Under the pieces are notes generated by a model, which made no database searches, was not told where the DNA came from, and saw only the letters and a program-made list of their open reading frames with translations. Below, piece by piece: positions 1-12,833 of a DNA stretch of 64,000 bases. Numbering within the stretch: position 1 is the first letter of the stretch; the number at the start of each line of letters is the position of its first letter. Where the stretch lies: the NCBI GenBank assembly GCA_013265495.1, contig MU058463.1:1573523-1637522 (forward strand), in the 5' to 3' direction. Made by a program: the position numbers and the translations under genes. Source of the stretch: Vicugna vicugna (lineage: Eukaryota).

Positions 1-280
1 GGGGAAATATGAACATTCTAATACTAATAATATTAATTCTTCCTATCTATGAACATGAGACATCTTTCCATCTGTTTGTGTCTTCTTCAGCTTCTTTCAT
101 CAAAGTCTTATACTTTTCAGTGTAGAGATCTTTCACTTCCTTGGTTAAATTTATTCCTGAGTATTTTATCGGTGTTGATGCTGGTGTGAATGGGATTGTT
201 TCCTTTCTTTTTCAGAGATTTTTGTTGTTAGTACACAGAATGCAACTGATTCTGCATGTTGATTCTATATCCCTGAATCT
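1..280 (-). mobile_element. LINE-1 ORF2 fragment (truncated by window edge)
   Basis: T-rich antisense L1 ORF2-type sequence (agatctttcacttccttggttaaatttattcct; gtgaatgggattgtttcc). Confidence 0.85.
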
Positions 281-589
281 TTACAATGAAATGAAGTAGC
301 TAAATCTCCAGAGATGCTGAAGCAGACAAAGAATTAGGGCAATGGAAAGTCTTCTTAAGCATTTAGTAATATGTTGTACAGGCATCATACGAGAGTAAAA
401 GAAAAAGACATAATTTCCCAGGGACAGTTATTAACATGAACAGTTTTATCCAAACTAAAAATCAAGAAAAAATATATGTGCTCCAAAGTCTTAATGGTAA
501 AATCAGACATGTATTTGAGTTATTGTTCAAGTTTACCTCGTTGAGCCAAAGGCTATGCATACACTTCCAGAGACACTTAGCAAGTGATA

Positions 590-1400
590 GATAAATATTT
601 ATAAAGCACCTACTAGATGCAATGCTACAAGCCAGGCATAGGTAAAACAATGGTGCAAATGTTGTAAACAAGAACAAGATATAGTTCATGCTCACTTGGA
701 GCTTAAAGTCTAAAGAAGAAGAAAAGCACAAAACAATGAATGTCAATGACGATTGGTTAATAAGTCCGTTGTGCTGAAAGTAGATAATTAGTGATCATTT
801 CTATTCAGAAGGTGTGAACTGGAGTCAGTCAAGGATTCCCTGAAGAAAGGATATTTAAGTTAAAAAGTGAAGAATTAGTAGGAGTTAGCTGGATAAAGAG
901 ATGAGTAGAGAGTGAAAAGAAGAATTTCCAAAAGAAGGAAGAGCGTGGGTAAAGGTCCTGAGGCAGACAGGAGGAAAATATTGGAAGATGACCAGAGATC
1001 ACAGCTCAAGAAAGAGCATTGCAAGAGAGGAGGCTATTAAGGCAGGTAAGTCTAAGACCAGATAGGGCCTTAGAGACATTAATGAGTCAGTTATTTATCT
1101 TAAGAACAATCAGGAGGTATTGGGAGAGTTTTAACTAGGAAAAGAAATATAATAAGATCTGTACTATTATAAAGTTATCTACTGTATGAAGAATGATTGA
1201 AAGGGATCAGTGGTATATGTGGGGAAATAAAAGAGATTTTTTCCAGCATCCACATGAGAGAAGGTGGCTTGGCTATGGTAAAGGTACTTCAGATAAAGAG
1301 AAGATTTGAGAGTTTGCTAACCAGGTGGAATGAACCAGGCTGGACATGCGGATATAAGAGAGAAAGAAGACAAAGCCCGTAATGCCTCACAGATTCAGGG
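590..1400 (-). mobile_element. L2 fragment including 3' end
   Basis: aaatatttataaagcacctacta...gccaggca resembles the reverse complement of the L2 3' terminus, followed by purine-rich antisense L2 body. Confidence 0.7.
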
Positions 1401-3839
1401 CAGGGACATATGAAAAATCTATCAGGATTCCTACTAAGTTTGGGTACCAGAGTTTGGGCACTTCCAGTCTGCATAGCTTTGCAGTGAAGTATCCGTGAGA
1501 TATTTTCAGGGATCATTTGGATAATATTCTGCAGTCATCAGGAAAATGTATACCCTCTCCAAGGATTCTGAAAAACCTCACTGCAAAAAATTGGTCTTCA
1601 AAGAAGCTTGTGATTTGTACCCGGAAGCCCTGATATTTGCAACCCTCTAGTAATGCTGAGAGAAGCAGCTATAAGCCAAAGGAAGAAGGGACGCATCACT
1701 GTCTCTGGGAACTGAGCAGGAATGACAAGGAGCTCAGAGAGTGCCACTAAGCTTAGGGCAAGAGCACTAAATCACAGTTCTTTGCCAAGTATTTCTGGGG
1801 AAAAAGAAAATATTCTTTATAAAAGCTCCCAAAAGATGCTGCCGATTATCTACCTAGAGTTGGAATCCCAGAAATCCTGAATCAAGATATGAGCCTGTGA
1901 CAAACATTTTGTAGTCTCCCAATTATTAGTAGCAGAAAAATCTCAAGAAAGAAAATAAAAGTGGAGTATGATGCAAGCATCTCTTTGATGTAGCCCATGT
2001 AAATAATTACATGTATATATGAAACATTTACTAGGCAACATGTCTATGTAGTGTGTCTCAGCTCCTTTGTTACATAATCTCCACTCCACTACCCCCTTGT
2101 AAGTATCTTGTTAGTTGGATGATAATTCCTTTTTCTAGGTTCCTCCTTAAGGATACATTTTTAAAGAGAATTCTTAAGCCTCTGGGAGTTATCTTTTGTC
2201 CTATAGTTAATCTCTTAATAAAACCAATTTAGCTGTAACATAAATGGTAATGCACAGTGCACTATTTACTGCACAATTCTGAACTTGCTCAGAGATTGCC
2301 TATAAGCAGGCTGGCTTTACCTGTGGGCAGAGTTGGTTAGGAGACACGTGGAATGGTTTCAGAACCATGAAGAAGACTCGGGTTTTTGACTCTTGCTCTG
2401 GGAAGAGTTACTTCATACTTGCCAGCCCCACAGAGAGCCTACTGTAGGTAAGGACTGGCATTAGGCACAGTGTCTGTTCTTAAAAATCTAAGGGATACAG
2501 GACTCAGAGATGGGCAAAATGCATAACAACTACTCGGCTGTATTTGCAAGAGCAAATCGACATAGAACAGGACAAACAATATGACTGGCAATCACTCGAG
2601 TGAGTTAGAACATCGCCTGTGAGTGAGGTGTATTATTAGATGTGAAACACGGTAATAATATTCCATTTGAATTTCTTGGCTTGCATGCCTCCTTTTTTTC
2701 CCACAGATTCATACGACCGTTATTGGTTTAATTTTATTTGCCACTGTTGAGTAGTCTGCCATTTAGAATGAGACTGCATTCCATCTGCTGTAAGTGAAGG
2801 ATTTGCAAGTGGCATTATTCCATATTTTCTTAAGTATTTAAGGTGTCACTAGCTTTCAACTGACTCGACTAAAAGGCTCTTTGCCAGGATCCTACCTGAT
2901 GCCAGTTTTCATTCAATTTCCATAAATGTTTATTAATACAATAGTGCACAAAATCTCCTTTAGCTATTGAACATGCCAAAAGAGGTATTTGTTTTTCTGC
3001 TTCTCTATGCCCATATTTAAACATGTTACGTAAACACGTCCACACCTAAATCTGCCCCATCTTGTTGATCCATTTTTAAAATTCACACCCTGTCTTGTAT
3101 AAACGCAACCCAACCATGAAAGTAATTTGTTCATGAGTCATAACCTTATAAACATTGAAGTAATTGTAAAAGCGTCTCTTGTTAGTTTGCAGTTAGGGTA
3201 TTAAGCTCGGTATCATGCTATATTAGATTTTAGGAAAAGTCATACAGGGTTTTATTTCTTAATATTCAATAGCATCTAATCATAAACACATACAAAGACA
3301 AAGCTAAATATATATCCACTTTAAGACCTACAAAAATAATTAGTTTTCTTGGCTGTATCACGGCAGATGGTTCTGTTTTCTGTTAAAGAGTATGTACAGA
3401 AAGCATAAACTGAACCAGGACCTATAGGCATGCCACAATCTGCTGGAATGGTCTGTTTATTTGACAAACGTAATATTTCGAAGTGAAGTCCTCATCTTCA
3501 GTATCAGAAAAAAAAAGTGCCTGTTGTACAACTATGAATTTGAACCAAATATGTCTTAGAGTTCAGTAACACTCTCTCTATATGTAACAGCGATTCAGAA
3601 AAAGTACAATTCAAAAGCAAATCCACTCTTACTATTAAATAAGAGCTCTACTCTACAAATTCGGAAGGCCATGAATGGATTTCTCCTAGAAATCCTTGCA
3701 GTAGGTTAAATTCTAGCAAGGTGCACATTATCTGCCAAAACTCTCCTGATAAAGTAGGGTCTCAAGCCAACTGGAGAATCTCTTGGTAGCAGAAGCCACT
3801 CCTCCTCTGGTGTAAATTATCTCATTTAATGACTCCTCT

Positions 3840-4300
3840 CTCTTCTTCTCTTGCCTACATTGAACATCCTTAATATCTATCAAAGTTATTCTCTGCTCTC
3901 CAGCATCACAGACATTTCTTAACTTGGACATCTTCACATTTCTTATCATTTATTGAAATATTTCCTAATTGATCTACTAATTTCCAGCTGAATTATCTTC
4001 CAGTTCATTCAGTACATGCTCAGACACAAATCTCATCATGTCAGTTCTGCTCCACATACTCCAAAGATCTCCTCAATAACGCCAGAACCCGAGGGTAACA
4101 TTTTTACTTATTGGCTCAGGGACTTCAAGTTGTACTTTTTTCAAAGCTCATTCTCCATTATCACATCCACTTTGTGCCTACACTCAAACACCCCCTGCTC
4201 TAACTTCTCTAAACTTGCTGTGCTCCCAGTTAGGGCCATTTGATGAGAATGCCTCTCAAAAGTTAGCTCAAGTGTCTCCTCTTTCCTGAAGATTTCTCAG
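3840..4300 (+). mobile_element. Degenerate L2 fragment
   Basis: C/T-rich L2-like motifs (aaatctcatcatgtcagttctgctc; tctcctctttcctgaag). Confidence 0.5.
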
Positions 4301-4535
4301 AAAGCATACTCTAGAGGAATGTGGGATGTGGTGAAAAACTTGCTCTGCAGAGCAGCTGGTATTTGAAAGTGTTGAGATCAAATTTTAAATCTCTGGTTAA
4401 CTGTGTGATCCAGGAAAAACTGGTCCCCACATAAAACAGTCAACCACATCCATCCTTGTTAAGCGGGCACTGCCACCAAGGAAGAGGACAAGCAGTTGAT
4501 GCCTGAGCACCCATGGTCATACTCTGGCTGTGACA

Positions 4536-4830
4536 TTTTTTTTTTATTGAGATATAACTGACGTATACCATTGGTATGTTTAATTAAGGTGTACAATGTA
4601 TTGATTTGATACATTTATATTTTGCAAGGTGATTACCACCATGGCTTTAGTTAACATCTCTATCATATCACATAATTTTTTTGATGTGGTGAGAACATTT
4701 ACAATCTAGTCTCTTAGTAACTCTGAAGCCTATAATACAGTGATGTTAACTATAATCATAATGCTGTGTCTTAGATCTCCAGAATTTATTCATCTTCTAA
4801 CCGTAAGTTAGTACCTTTTGACCAATTCCT
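4536..4830 (-). mobile_element. L1 3' end (L1MA-like) with poly(T); non-inverted half of a 5'-inverted L1
   Basis: poly-T then attgagatataactgac...gtgagaacatttacaatctagtctcttag...agatctccagaatttattcatct. Confidence 0.85.
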
Positions 4831-4849
4831 AATGAATATTTAATGAAGT

Positions 4850-5432
4850 TGCCAAAAATACTCATTGAGGAAACGTAGTCCTTCAGAAAATGGTGATGGG
4901 AAACCTGGATAACCACAAGCAGAAAAACTAAATTGGATTTCTGCTGCAAACCACTCACAAAAAAATAACTCAAAACAGATTAAAGACTTAAACATAATAC
5001 CTGAAGAAGCAGAACTTCCAGAAAAAACAAAGAAAAGCTCCTTGACATTGTTCTTGGCAATGAATATTTGGATATGACACCAAAAGCACAAGCAATAAAA
5101 ACAAAAATCAACAAGTGGGGCTGCATCAAACTATAAAGATTCTGCACCGCAAAAGGAACAATCCACAGATAAAAAGACAACCTACAAAATGGAAGAAAAT
5201 ATTTGCAAACCATGTATCTCATAAAGGGTTGATATCCAAAATATTTTCAGAACTCATACAACTCAATAACAAAAAATAAACATTACAATTAGAAACTGAG
5301 CAGAGAAACTGCACAAACATTTTTCCAAAGAAGACCTAGAAATGGCCAACAGGTGCATGAAAATGTGCCTGACATCACTTATTATCAGGGAAATGCAAAT
5401 GAAAACCTCAATGAGAGGTCACCTCACACCTG
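4850..5432 (+). mobile_element. L1 ORF2 C-terminal region; inverted half of the same L1
   Basis: aataactcaaaacagattaaagacttaaa; gacaccaaaagcacaagcaa; atcagggaaatgcaaat...cacctcacacctg. Confidence 0.9.
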
Positions 5433-5629
5433 GCTGTGTGATAACCTGCAAACTTCTGACCTGTAATCTTTCAGGACTGTGCCCGTGTCACAGACTCTAT
5501 CAGATCTGAACTATGATTCTCTCTGCTCCCTTCTAGACATTCTCGATCCCTATAAACCATCCCCAGTACTTCTTCTTTCCTGCTGCCTCTATTTGACCAA
5601 ACAGTTTAACCTTTGACCTTGGTTTGGTC

Positions 5630-6101
5630 TTTGAATATATATAAGGAAAGAGATGTATTATAAGGAATTAGCTCACATGATTATGCAGGCTGACAAGTCC
5701 CAAGATCTGTAGTCAGTCAGTTGGAAACCCAAGAGAACCAATAGTATAGTTCTGGTACAAAGGTTGGCAGGCTGGAATCCAGGAAGTACCAATGTTTCTG
5801 TTCAAGTCTGAAAGCAGGAAAAACAAAAGCAAAAACAAAAATAGTGTCCCAGCTCTAAGGTAATTAGGCAGGAGGAATTCCTTCTTACTCACTGGAAGGT
5901 CAGCCTTTTTGTTCTACTGAGGCTTTCAACTTACCGGGTAAGTTCCATCCGCAGCACAGAGGGCCATCTGCTTTACTCAGTCTATTGATTTGAAGGTTAA
6001 ACTCATCCAAAAACACTCTCCCACAAACATCCAGAATACTATTTGACCAAATATATGGGTGCCCCATGAACCAGTTAAGTTGGCATAAAATTAACCATCA
6101 C
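5630..6101 (-). mobile_element. MLT2 (ERV-L) solo LTR
   Basis: Ends ...aagttggcataaaattaaccatcaca, the reverse complement of the MLT2 5' terminus TGTGATGGTTAATTTTATG; also tattataaggaattagctcacatgattatg. Confidence 0.85.
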
Positions 6102-6960
6102 ACTTGCCTGAAGCTACCTAATTTGTAAGTGCTAGAGATGGCATTTAAACCCAGGTCTATCCTTTTCAGAAATCCGCTGCTATTCATCTATGCTGGAAAC
6201 ATGGGACCACAAGAATTACCCGAATGTATGATTTTGTCACTTGAAATTTTTGCCAAGATCATAGAAAAATTAGTCAATGAATGATTAGCTAAAACATTTA
6301 GCGAGGTTAGCTTTAAAAAAAAAAAGCCATTTTTGTACTTGAACCAAATTAGGTATGCTGGTGCTGAAACACCTCAGAAAAGGAGAAAGGGGTTAGGCGT
6401 ACTGAAGGGGCTGTGAGACAGGGAGAAGCCAGCCACCTGGATTTCTGTCAGTAATGCAGGAAAGGTTTTTTGATGTTCATAAATTTCACAACCTCAAATA
6501 AATCACTTGTCAGTTTGATTATATTCAAATAAAGAGCAACAATTCATTTGAAAAAGGTCCTCCCTTATACTTGCAATGGTACCTTTCTTGCAATGACTCA
6601 AGAGAAAAGGGACAATCACATTTGTTGGTTAAAATAAAGAAGTCAACACCAAAATACAGGTGATCAATAATCATATTCTGTCCAGACAGTTTAACGAGTT
6701 TCTGGAAATCCAACATCAGGAATATATTAAAGAATCAGTTGACTGAAATTATAAGTCAATTCTGGTTTTTTTTTCCCCATGGTTTCATGTGACATTATAT
6801 TCTATAAAAGGGGAAATCTACAGCTCAAAATAAGCCTAGTTCAGGATGCATCTGCATATATAGAAATTATAACTCCTTGTTAAGTGAAAATGAGTCATAC
6901 ATGAATGTTATTCATAGAACTCACTAACTAATATAACCATATGCTCTTTTCTCAGTGCAG

Positions 6961-7101
6961 TTTTTTTTTTTTCCTTTGGCAGGGAGAGGGGGGCTGGTAA
7001 TTAGGTTTTTATTTATTTATTTTTAGTGGAAGTACTGGGAATTGAACCCAGGACCTAGTGCATGCTAGGTACACACTCTACCACTGAGTCATACGCTCCC
7101 C
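6961..7101 (-). mobile_element. tRNA-derived SINE, Vic-1-like (camelid type)
   Basis: poly-T, ggtaattaggttt tail, B-box (attgaacccagg) and A-box (ctaccactgag) on minus strand; TSD ctcagtgcag (6951-6960) / ctcagtggag (7103-7112). Confidence 0.85.
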
Positions 7102-7689
7102 ACTCAGTGGAGTTTTATTAACCAAGTATGTACTATTTTTAAACTTGTCTGAGGTTTTTCTGAGCAAATCAGTAGGCTTCTAATTCCATCAAAGTCCAAT
7201 GATAACCTTTCAAGATTTCTTCAGCATCAGAAAAAAATCTTTCCAGAATTTATTTTTTTCTGGGGAAAAAAAAAAGAGAGAGAGAACATTCTGAGAAGTA
7301 AAAGGATAAAATCCATCAAATTGGGAGCAATTTGATTCCTGGGACGACTGCATGTCTGAGGACTAATAATTGGTTGTGGTGTGCTGCTTCTTAAAAAAGA
7401 TACTTTGAGGTTGTGCACATCATCTGTCTAATTTGCAGAAATTTGCTGAGTCAAGCAGGTCTGATCCAGTACACATAGGCTTTTTTTTTTTTTTGCCTTC
7501 TTCAGAGAAGTATCATGTGGGGGAAGTCTATTTAAAATGGGAAGCCCCCAAAATTCAACATCTTATTAAATAAGAGGTTGGAGGTTACTGTTGTGAATTT
7601 ATATAAAGGTTGAATAAATCAAAGCTAGGGCTCAAAATGTCATGTTCACACTTTCATAAAATGGGCAGTGGCAGTCTAAATGGGACTGG

Positions 7690-7850
7690 CTTGGACTGAG
7701 AGTTGAGTCTGAACTCTAACCTCTGGACCTGGGTCTGTCATTCATTTTTGGTGACATACTCAGGTCATTGTCCTTCAGTTTCTTTATATATAAAGCCTAA
7801 TATGAAAATAATAATCACTTTGTATTTCACATGTAAGCTTTGATGATTCT
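7690..7850 (+). mobile_element. Degenerate MIR SINE
   Basis: core-like ccttcagtttctttatatataaa...aaaataataatcac. Confidence 0.45.
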
Positions 7851-9364
7851 ACAGAAAACCACCAAGGAAGATAATGAACAAGAAAACGCCTAAAGTAAAG
7901 ACGGAAGAAGACAGGACGTGAGCAGACAAATCAGAAAAAAAATGTTGGCACTAACAATCTGGATGAAGGAAGGTAAGAGGATCAAAACGTGGAATGATGT
8001 CAAAGAGAACAAGAACCAGGATTCCCAAATTATACTGATTGTAGATGTGAAAAGAGGAAAAACTAGAAATCCCTGAGAAGAGAGGACTTCATGCTTAGTG
8101 GGGAAAAGAGGGAAATGCAGTAATGAAAAAGAGGAAGAAAAAGCTCTTTCTGATGCTGATACCCAACAACCTCCCAAAAGACCCCAAAGAGGAAAAGAAG
8201 TGTCCGCAGGCAGGCAGTGATCAAAGGCTTCTATAGCGTATTTACATCTTCACGTGTGAGACTATGTTTGCTTCTTTCTCTTATTTGATATTAAAAAAAA
8301 AAACAAACAGACCAGAGAACTTTAAAAACTTTTTTTTGTAGAGTTATAATCAGGAAAAGATGCAAAGAAGTTAGCAATTGCCCATATAGGGATTAAGTTA
8401 TGAAACTCTTGACTAAAAAGACACTGGAAATATTTCCAAGACACATTTTTGCAACGATTCAAATGTCAGGGTTGTATGATGTAAGCTTGGGAAATAGCAC
8501 ACTGATTTATTTTCAAAGATTTATTTGGAGAAAAGAATCAGAAATGCAAGCTGCAATTCGTAATAGCACTGTTCAAAAAGCCAAAAATGAAGATTGTTTA
8601 CATTTTATATTAGAAGAGAAATACTGGCTAAAGACAACAGCTTTTTGTATTCAAAGAGTACTGCAGTGTTAGGATTCACCAAATAACTTAATGAACTGAT
8701 ACGAAGTTAGCATAAAACAATACCGACGCTATGGCAGAGCTGAAGAATGGAAGGCCATCCACACAGATACGTTCTTGTCCTTTTAACTGCATAACTGTAG
8801 TAGGAAAACAGATGAGTCCGTGAAAGGAGTAGCAGCTAGCAAGAGCAGATGAGTAAATAGCTGGGTGATGGACTTCAGTGCTAGGTTGCCTTTTCTGCTA
8901 CCTAGGTCTATGTACTTGAAACTGCAGAAAACACACGTGGACTCTTGGGGAAGAGGATCTTCTGGGAAGTATAATGATATTTGTTTCAAGCAGCACTTTC
9001 TAATCACACGCTGGTCAAAATGCATTATGCTCTCATTGCATTGGCAAAGGTGACCAATAACAATACTTTGCAAAAGGTTTTTATGGAAATTTTTATAGGA
9101 TCTGGTTTAAAATGAAGACTATCTATTGTGTTTGAATGCTCTGATTTTTGATGAAGAGCCTGCAAAAAGAAACAATCTGTCTGTAAAGGAGGTACTATTT
9201 AAGTATGTGAACAACACAAAACTTAAAAGGAATAGTTATAAGAAATTATAGAAAGGAAGATCCAAAAAGGGATAAAGCACCATAATGTTTTAAAGTCTCA
9301 TATAAAGATGGTCTCCCACTTAGGATCTCGCCTTATATAAAAACATCTAAGGGTTCTTCAAGTA

Positions 9365-9505
9365 AGCTTGAGTATATCTCCAGCTCCACCACTTTCTAGC
9401 TGAGATGGCCAAAGACCCACTACTCTCTTAACCTCAATTTCCACACGTATGAAATGAGGATAATAATAATACCTTCTTTATGGTGATGTGTTAAAGATTA
9501 AATGT
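9365..9505 (+). mobile_element. MIR SINE
   Basis: cagctccaccactttctagctg...cctcaatttcc...aaatgaggataataataatacc...aagattaaatg. Confidence 0.75.
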
Positions 9506-9604
9506 TGCCTCTGTCACACTGCAGTGTAATTATTTATCTTCATCGCTCTTGCATTTTTTTCTTCCCATCAACTAATACTACTTGAGAGCCTACTAGAGTG
9601 AATA

Positions 9605-9810
9605 TTGACTCTGCCTCTGTCTCTCTGCTTCTGTTGGTCATGCGGCTTCGAGAAAACTACTGAACATCTGTGTCAATGTTATCATCTATACATTTGAGAT
9701 AAAATAGAACACATCTCAAAGGGGTAATGTAAGATTAAATGAGCTAATACAAGTAACATGTTTAGAACAAAGCTTAATAAAAGTTAGAAAAATCAATAGA
9801 TGTTAACCAG
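9605..9810 (+). mobile_element. MIR SINE
   Basis: aagattaaatgagctaatacaagtaacatgtttagaaca (MIR 3' part). Confidence 0.7.
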
Positions 9811-9872
9811 ATGTTTGTTAATGTTTTCTTTCTCCTTTTCCTCCTCTTTCTCTTGTTGTTATTCTTTTTCTT

Positions 9873-9898
9873 ATCATCATCATCATCATCATCATCAT
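9873..9898. repeat. (ATC)n microsatellite
   Basis: about 8 tandem ATC units. Confidence 0.95.
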
Positions 9899-9979
9899 GA
9901 TGCATCATGCATTCTGCTCGATCTTGTCCTATTAAGAGGTAATATTCTTCCTTTCACTCTAAGGTAATAAGCATAATAG

Positions 9980-10390
9980 ATTAGTCAGGATCTTTTGGTT
10001 TGCAGTGAAAGAAAGTCAACTCAAGCTGTCTTCACTGAAAAGGGGAACTTTTTGGCCGATGCAACCAAAGCACGCAAAAGCAAGAGGTGGAGCTGGTCTC
10101 AAGATCATTTCAATCCAGAAACTTGAAGCTTGTCAAGACATTCCTTCCCAGCATTTCTCACCTCTGCTTCATTTTGAACATAGGTTCCATTCTCTCCTTC
10201 TGCAGAGAGATTTCTCTGTGCGGCAGGAATCACACACTGAAAGCTCTGGGTCTGAATCCTAACAGGTCCTGACTAAGGTGACAAGGGACCTTATTGTCTA
10301 GCTCCAACTGGAAAAGTACATGGAAACGGCATCAATTGGCCTGTTCTAGGTCACATGCCCTTGAGCAAATCACTACATCCAAATAAGAGT
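9980..10390 (-). mobile_element. Old MaLR LTR (MLT1J/K/L-like)
   Basis: tagtcaggatcttttggtttgcagtgaaagaaagtcaactcaagct at start; attggcc...taggtcacatgccc..tgagcaaatcact near end. Confidence 0.6.
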
Positions 10391-10799
10391 ATACACTATA
10401 CATGTTATGATAAGATTAATTCCATATGCTAACAGGAAGAGAGGACAGGTTAACAGAAGTGAAGACGAGTGGAAAACAGCATATCATTCAGAAATAATCA
10501 GCACTTTGTTAATTTCTGTCACTGTCCCATTCCCCCTCCCTGTCTTCTTCCTTCATTTTATAAACTCAGTGCTGAGTACTGCCTAGTGCATAAAAGATAG
10601 CCAAAAAATAAGACATTTCTGACCAGTGTGGTGATTAGAAAGCACTGCTTGAAATTAATACAATTATACATTCCAGAAGATCCTCTTTCCTGAAAGTCCA
10701 ATTTTCAATTTCTTTTCCTTTTTAACAAAAACATTTGAAAAGATCAACATATTTTCATGATGCTAAATTTTAAACATTTTAAATAAATATCTACTACTC

Positions 10800-11150
10800 T
10801 GTCTTACTCCAAGCTGCTATAACACAATATCCTTAAACTGGGTGGTTTATGAACAACAAATATTGGTTTTTCATGATTTCGATAGCTGGGAAGTACAAGA
10901 TCGAAGCACCAGCAGATTTGATGTCTAGTGAAATCCAGCTTCTTGGTTCACAGAACCTAGTTCCTCTTTTTGCTGTGTCCTCACATAGTAAAGAGACAAG
11001 GAAGCTCTCTGGGGTCTGTTTTATAAGGTCACTAATCTCCACCCTCATGACCTAATCAAGTCCCTAAGTCCCCACCTATAAACATGTCACATTGGCAATT
11101 AGGCCTTAATATATGGATCTGGGAAGAACACAAACATTCAGTTCATAGCA
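10800..11150 (-). mobile_element. MLT1A-like MaLR LTR (3' LTR of a proviral copy)
   Basis: tgtctta..gctgctataaca..aaactgggtggttta ... acacaaacattcagttcatagca (both termini recognisable). Confidence 0.9.
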
Positions 11151-12833
11151 TTCTGCCACTGACCACCCCCCAAATTCATGTCCCTCTTGCATGCACAATA
11201 CATTTATTCCATTTGAATAGCCCCAAAAGTCTTCACTCATTACAGCATCAACTTTAAATCTCAGTATAAAATCTTATCTAAATGAGATGGATAAGACCTA
11301 AGTTAGGATTTATCCTGGAGCAAATTGCTCTTCCAGTAAACCTGTTTCCCAAACACAATGGTGGAACAGGTCAGACATTCCCATCCCAAAAGGGAGAATC
11401 AGGAAATAAGGAAGGGGTGACGGTAACAAGCAAGTCCAAAATCCCAGGGATCACGCTCCACTAGACCTTAAGGCTCAAGAAAAATCCTCTTTTGCTCAGT
11501 GCTCTGCCCTCCATGTTCACCAGGGCAAGGGTTCTACCCCTGCAGTTTTGCCAGGCAGAGGCTGGCCTCCAAGACTCTGGGCAGCCCTGTCCCCACAGTT
11601 GGGCTGGAAAGCCCCATCTCAGCTCTCTCCTTGGAGCCTCTTCCAAGGCTAACATTTCTGTCCACAGTCCTGGGGTGGGATCCAGTGCCCAGTGGCTCTG
11701 ACTCGCATCCTTTGAAATCTAGGTGGAGGCAGCCATGTCCCCACTGCACATGCACTGTACACTCCTGTGGAGACAGCAGCACAAAGGCAGCCAAAGTTTG
11801 TCACCTGCATGCTCCAGAGATGCCGCCTAGCCTCCCAGAGCTGTGGGGCAGTCAGGCATGCGCTGCAGGGGTGGAGCCAGAGATGTCAGGTGGGCAACAC
11901 CCGCTGAGGTCTCTTATTTGCATTCTCTCACTGTCTCGAACAATAGCTCCCAGCTTCTGTGGAGATGGCTGACCACACCCTTTAATGTGACGGATTTTCT
12001 CTTATAACATGGATAAGCTGAGAATTTTCCCAATCATTTAATTCTGCTCCCTTTTTGATAAACAATTCCATCTTTAATCCTTTCTCTCTTCTCACATTTT
12101 ACTGTAAGCAGTCAAGAAGATCCCAGCCACTGAGTCAACACCCTGCCTAGAAATAGCTTCAGCTAAATATCCAAATTCATCCCTCACAAGCTCTCCCTTC
12201 CCCAAATCTCTAGGATGTGAACACAATTCAGCCAACTTCTTTGTCACTTTATAACAAAGATGGCCTTTCCTCCAGTTTCCAACAACATGTCCCTCATTTC
12301 TATCTGAAACGTTGTCAGAGTCAGCTCTACCACCCATATTTCCACCAAGGTTCTGCTCAGGGTTACTCAAGGATTCCCTAAGAAGGTGAAGGCTTTTCCT
12401 ACAGCTCTCTCCTTTCCACGCTCTCATCAAAATTGCTCCTAACACACTGTTCGAGGCAATGCAGGCTTTTTCCAGTCTACACCGTAAAATGCCTCCAGCC
12501 TCCACCCACGACAGGCAGATCCTGGAGACACTGTAGTCTACTAAGTGTGCAGCAGTATTATGTCTAAAAATGATGAATGTAACTTAATGGACAAATATTT
12601 TATTGCTAAAAAAAAAGAAAAGCTAACCGTTATCTGACAACACAGGGCTGCCACAAACCTTCACTTTGTACAAAACACAGCATCTGCGAAGCATAGTTGA
12701 GTGAAATACAATAAAATGAGAATGTCTGTACCTAGCTTCAAAGTTGCTTCCACATTTTTAGGTATTTGTTACAGCAACACTCACTCCACTTTCTCAGGAT
12801 GTGGGGGGGGACATAAACATCCAGTCCATGGAA
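11151..12833 (-). mobile_element. MLT1A-like internal region plus ~35-bp remnant of the 5' LTR; interrupted by Tigger1
   Basis: Directly abuts the LTR; ORF 12092-12505(-) has MaLR ORF-like motifs GNWRKGHLCY, GYLAEAIS, LTAYSKM; LTR terminus ggggacataaacatccagtccatgg at ~12807-12831. Confidence 0.85.
12512..12728 (-). mobile_element. Internally deleted Tigger1 derivative (TcMar DNA transposon)
   Basis: Degenerate TIRs caggcagatcctggaga / aaaatgagaatgtctg followed by TA; internal ctgtagtctactaagtgtgca, tttattgctaaaaaa, gggctgccacaaaccttca, atctgcgaagc. Confidence 0.8.

Noticed and set aside
5607..5619. DR1 nuclear-receptor-like motif TAACCTtTGACCT
   Set aside because: Single isolated match between repeats; no supporting context.
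5630..6101. MLT2 LTR as the 3' LTR of the ERV-L fossil at 16.7-19.6 kb
   Set aside because: Same strand but more than 10 kb away, with MIRs in between, and it looks better preserved than the fossil; the other MLT2 (41.3 kb) is on the opposite strand.
11282..11972. Overlapping ORFs including the longest one (157 aa)
   Set aside because: GC-rich MaLR internal sequence; the 157-aa ORF is antisense to the element and has no recognisable domain.
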